This document shows, piece by piece, positions 63,100 to 64,000 of a DNA stretch of 64,000 bases; position 1 is the first letter of the stretch, and each line of letters starts with the position of its first letter. The DNA is from Malacoraja senta. Its lineage: Eukaryota. The DNA lies in NCBI GenBank assembly GCA_038087875.1, contig JAXLNO010000438.1:806001-870000 (forward strand). The letters are read 5' to 3'. Below the pieces are notes generated by a model, which had not been told where the DNA came from, did not search any database, and saw nothing but the letters and a program-made list of their open reading frames with translations. Both the position numbers and the translations under genes were made by a program.

Positions 63100-63310
63100 G
63101 CTCCTTTTCTCTCGCAGCAGTTTAGACTTTTGCCGCCACTTGCGACCAATCGCTGTCCATGACAAGGGCGCGGACTACCGCGAGAGAAGCCACCTCTTGG
63201 CACGGATCCTCTCTGCCCACTTGTCTGTCAGGCACTGCTCAAAGCCGGAGCTCCGGCACCGCACACGCATCAACCGAAACTGCAGCAATTGTGTTTTTTC
63301 CCCCCCGGCT
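63100..63310 (-). promoter_or_regulatory. CpG-rich promoter/5' UTR region with CCAAT box and GC-rich motif
   Basis: GACCAATC at about 63144-63151 and GGGCGCGG at about 63166-63173. Elevated CpG outside any recognisable transposon. Confidence 0.55.
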
Positions 63311-64000
63311 ATGAAGGGAAGCAGAAAATTTGGAAATGTTGAGAAAATTGTCCTGAGCTAACACATCAGCTGTTGTGAGAGAATAGCTTTGCAGGTGACA
63401 GGCGCTGATGGTCCACTCTAGCTTGTATGTCTGATGTTCTTCAGCGTGTGTGTGAGCATATGTATGGGTGTGTATACATACACCTATTGAATAGCATGAA
63501 TCTAATTAAAGAGTCCATCCAAAAATAAACAAGTTTAAAATTTAAATTGTTCTGTGCATCAAAGTTATGCCAGCATTGAAACTTCACAGCGGGCTGTAAA
63601 GGCAAGGGTCAGAAAATCCTGATCACACCTTGGAGGCGGTCTTTCGTCCCCTCCTGGGTTGCTGTGAAATACATTGATTGAGAAAGTGGCACAATGCATT
63701 TACCTCATTCCAGACTATAACATTTGCTTTCTGTCTAAATCAATTAGAATTGCAATAGATTAAAAAAATTGCCGTATACAAATGCAAATTATATATATTT
63801 GTACATGTTGTATATATCTGTATTTATTTGTATGGGGTGTTATTAAAACATGTTCATGTTGATATTGAATTTCTATAAGAACCATGCCAGCGGATTCTAT
63901 TTAAAATGCAGTATAACTAACACAAGCACAAACTTGTTCAAGGTCTTAAGGAGTTTGAATTTGAAACTAAACAACGCGAATGTGAATAACTGATTCAAAT

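Noticed and set aside
63150..63170. REST/RE1 site
   Set aside because: Only the GCTGTCC half-site is present; the GTGCTGAA half is missing.

Overview
Eukaryotic (vertebrate) genomic DNA. The repeat inventory (HE1-type V-SINEs, CR1, Rex1/Babar and L2 LINEs, Penelope-like remnants with hammerhead cores) points to a cartilaginous fish, probably a skate or ray; this is an inference. Most of the window looks like a long AT-rich intron of an unidentified minus-strand gene. Its CpG-rich promoter and candidate first coding exon (MGNTTSS..., with an N-myristoylation motif) lie at about 62.6-63.3 kb. The intron holds many transposons: a full-length but dead Passport-type Tc1 (3845-5453), composite non-autonomous Helitrons (7290-8682, 12534-15906, and an orphan 3' end at 49.2 kb), a DIRS1 tyrosine-recombinase retroelement with both ITRs and an ICR (24962-29770), a hAT-type element nested with three Rex1 LINEs (32.3-38.8 kb), and Harbinger- and P/hAT-like MITEs. 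There is a 200-N assembly gap. The most notable signal is repeated capture of CpG-island first exons by DNA transposons. One Helitron carries a recognisable HTRA2 exon-1 fragment plus two other exon-and-donor fragments. The hAT element carries a promoter and first exon encoding a mitochondrial-presequence-like peptide, and that segment's flanks match the Helitron subterminal sequence. No database searches were run; family names come from motif recognition.
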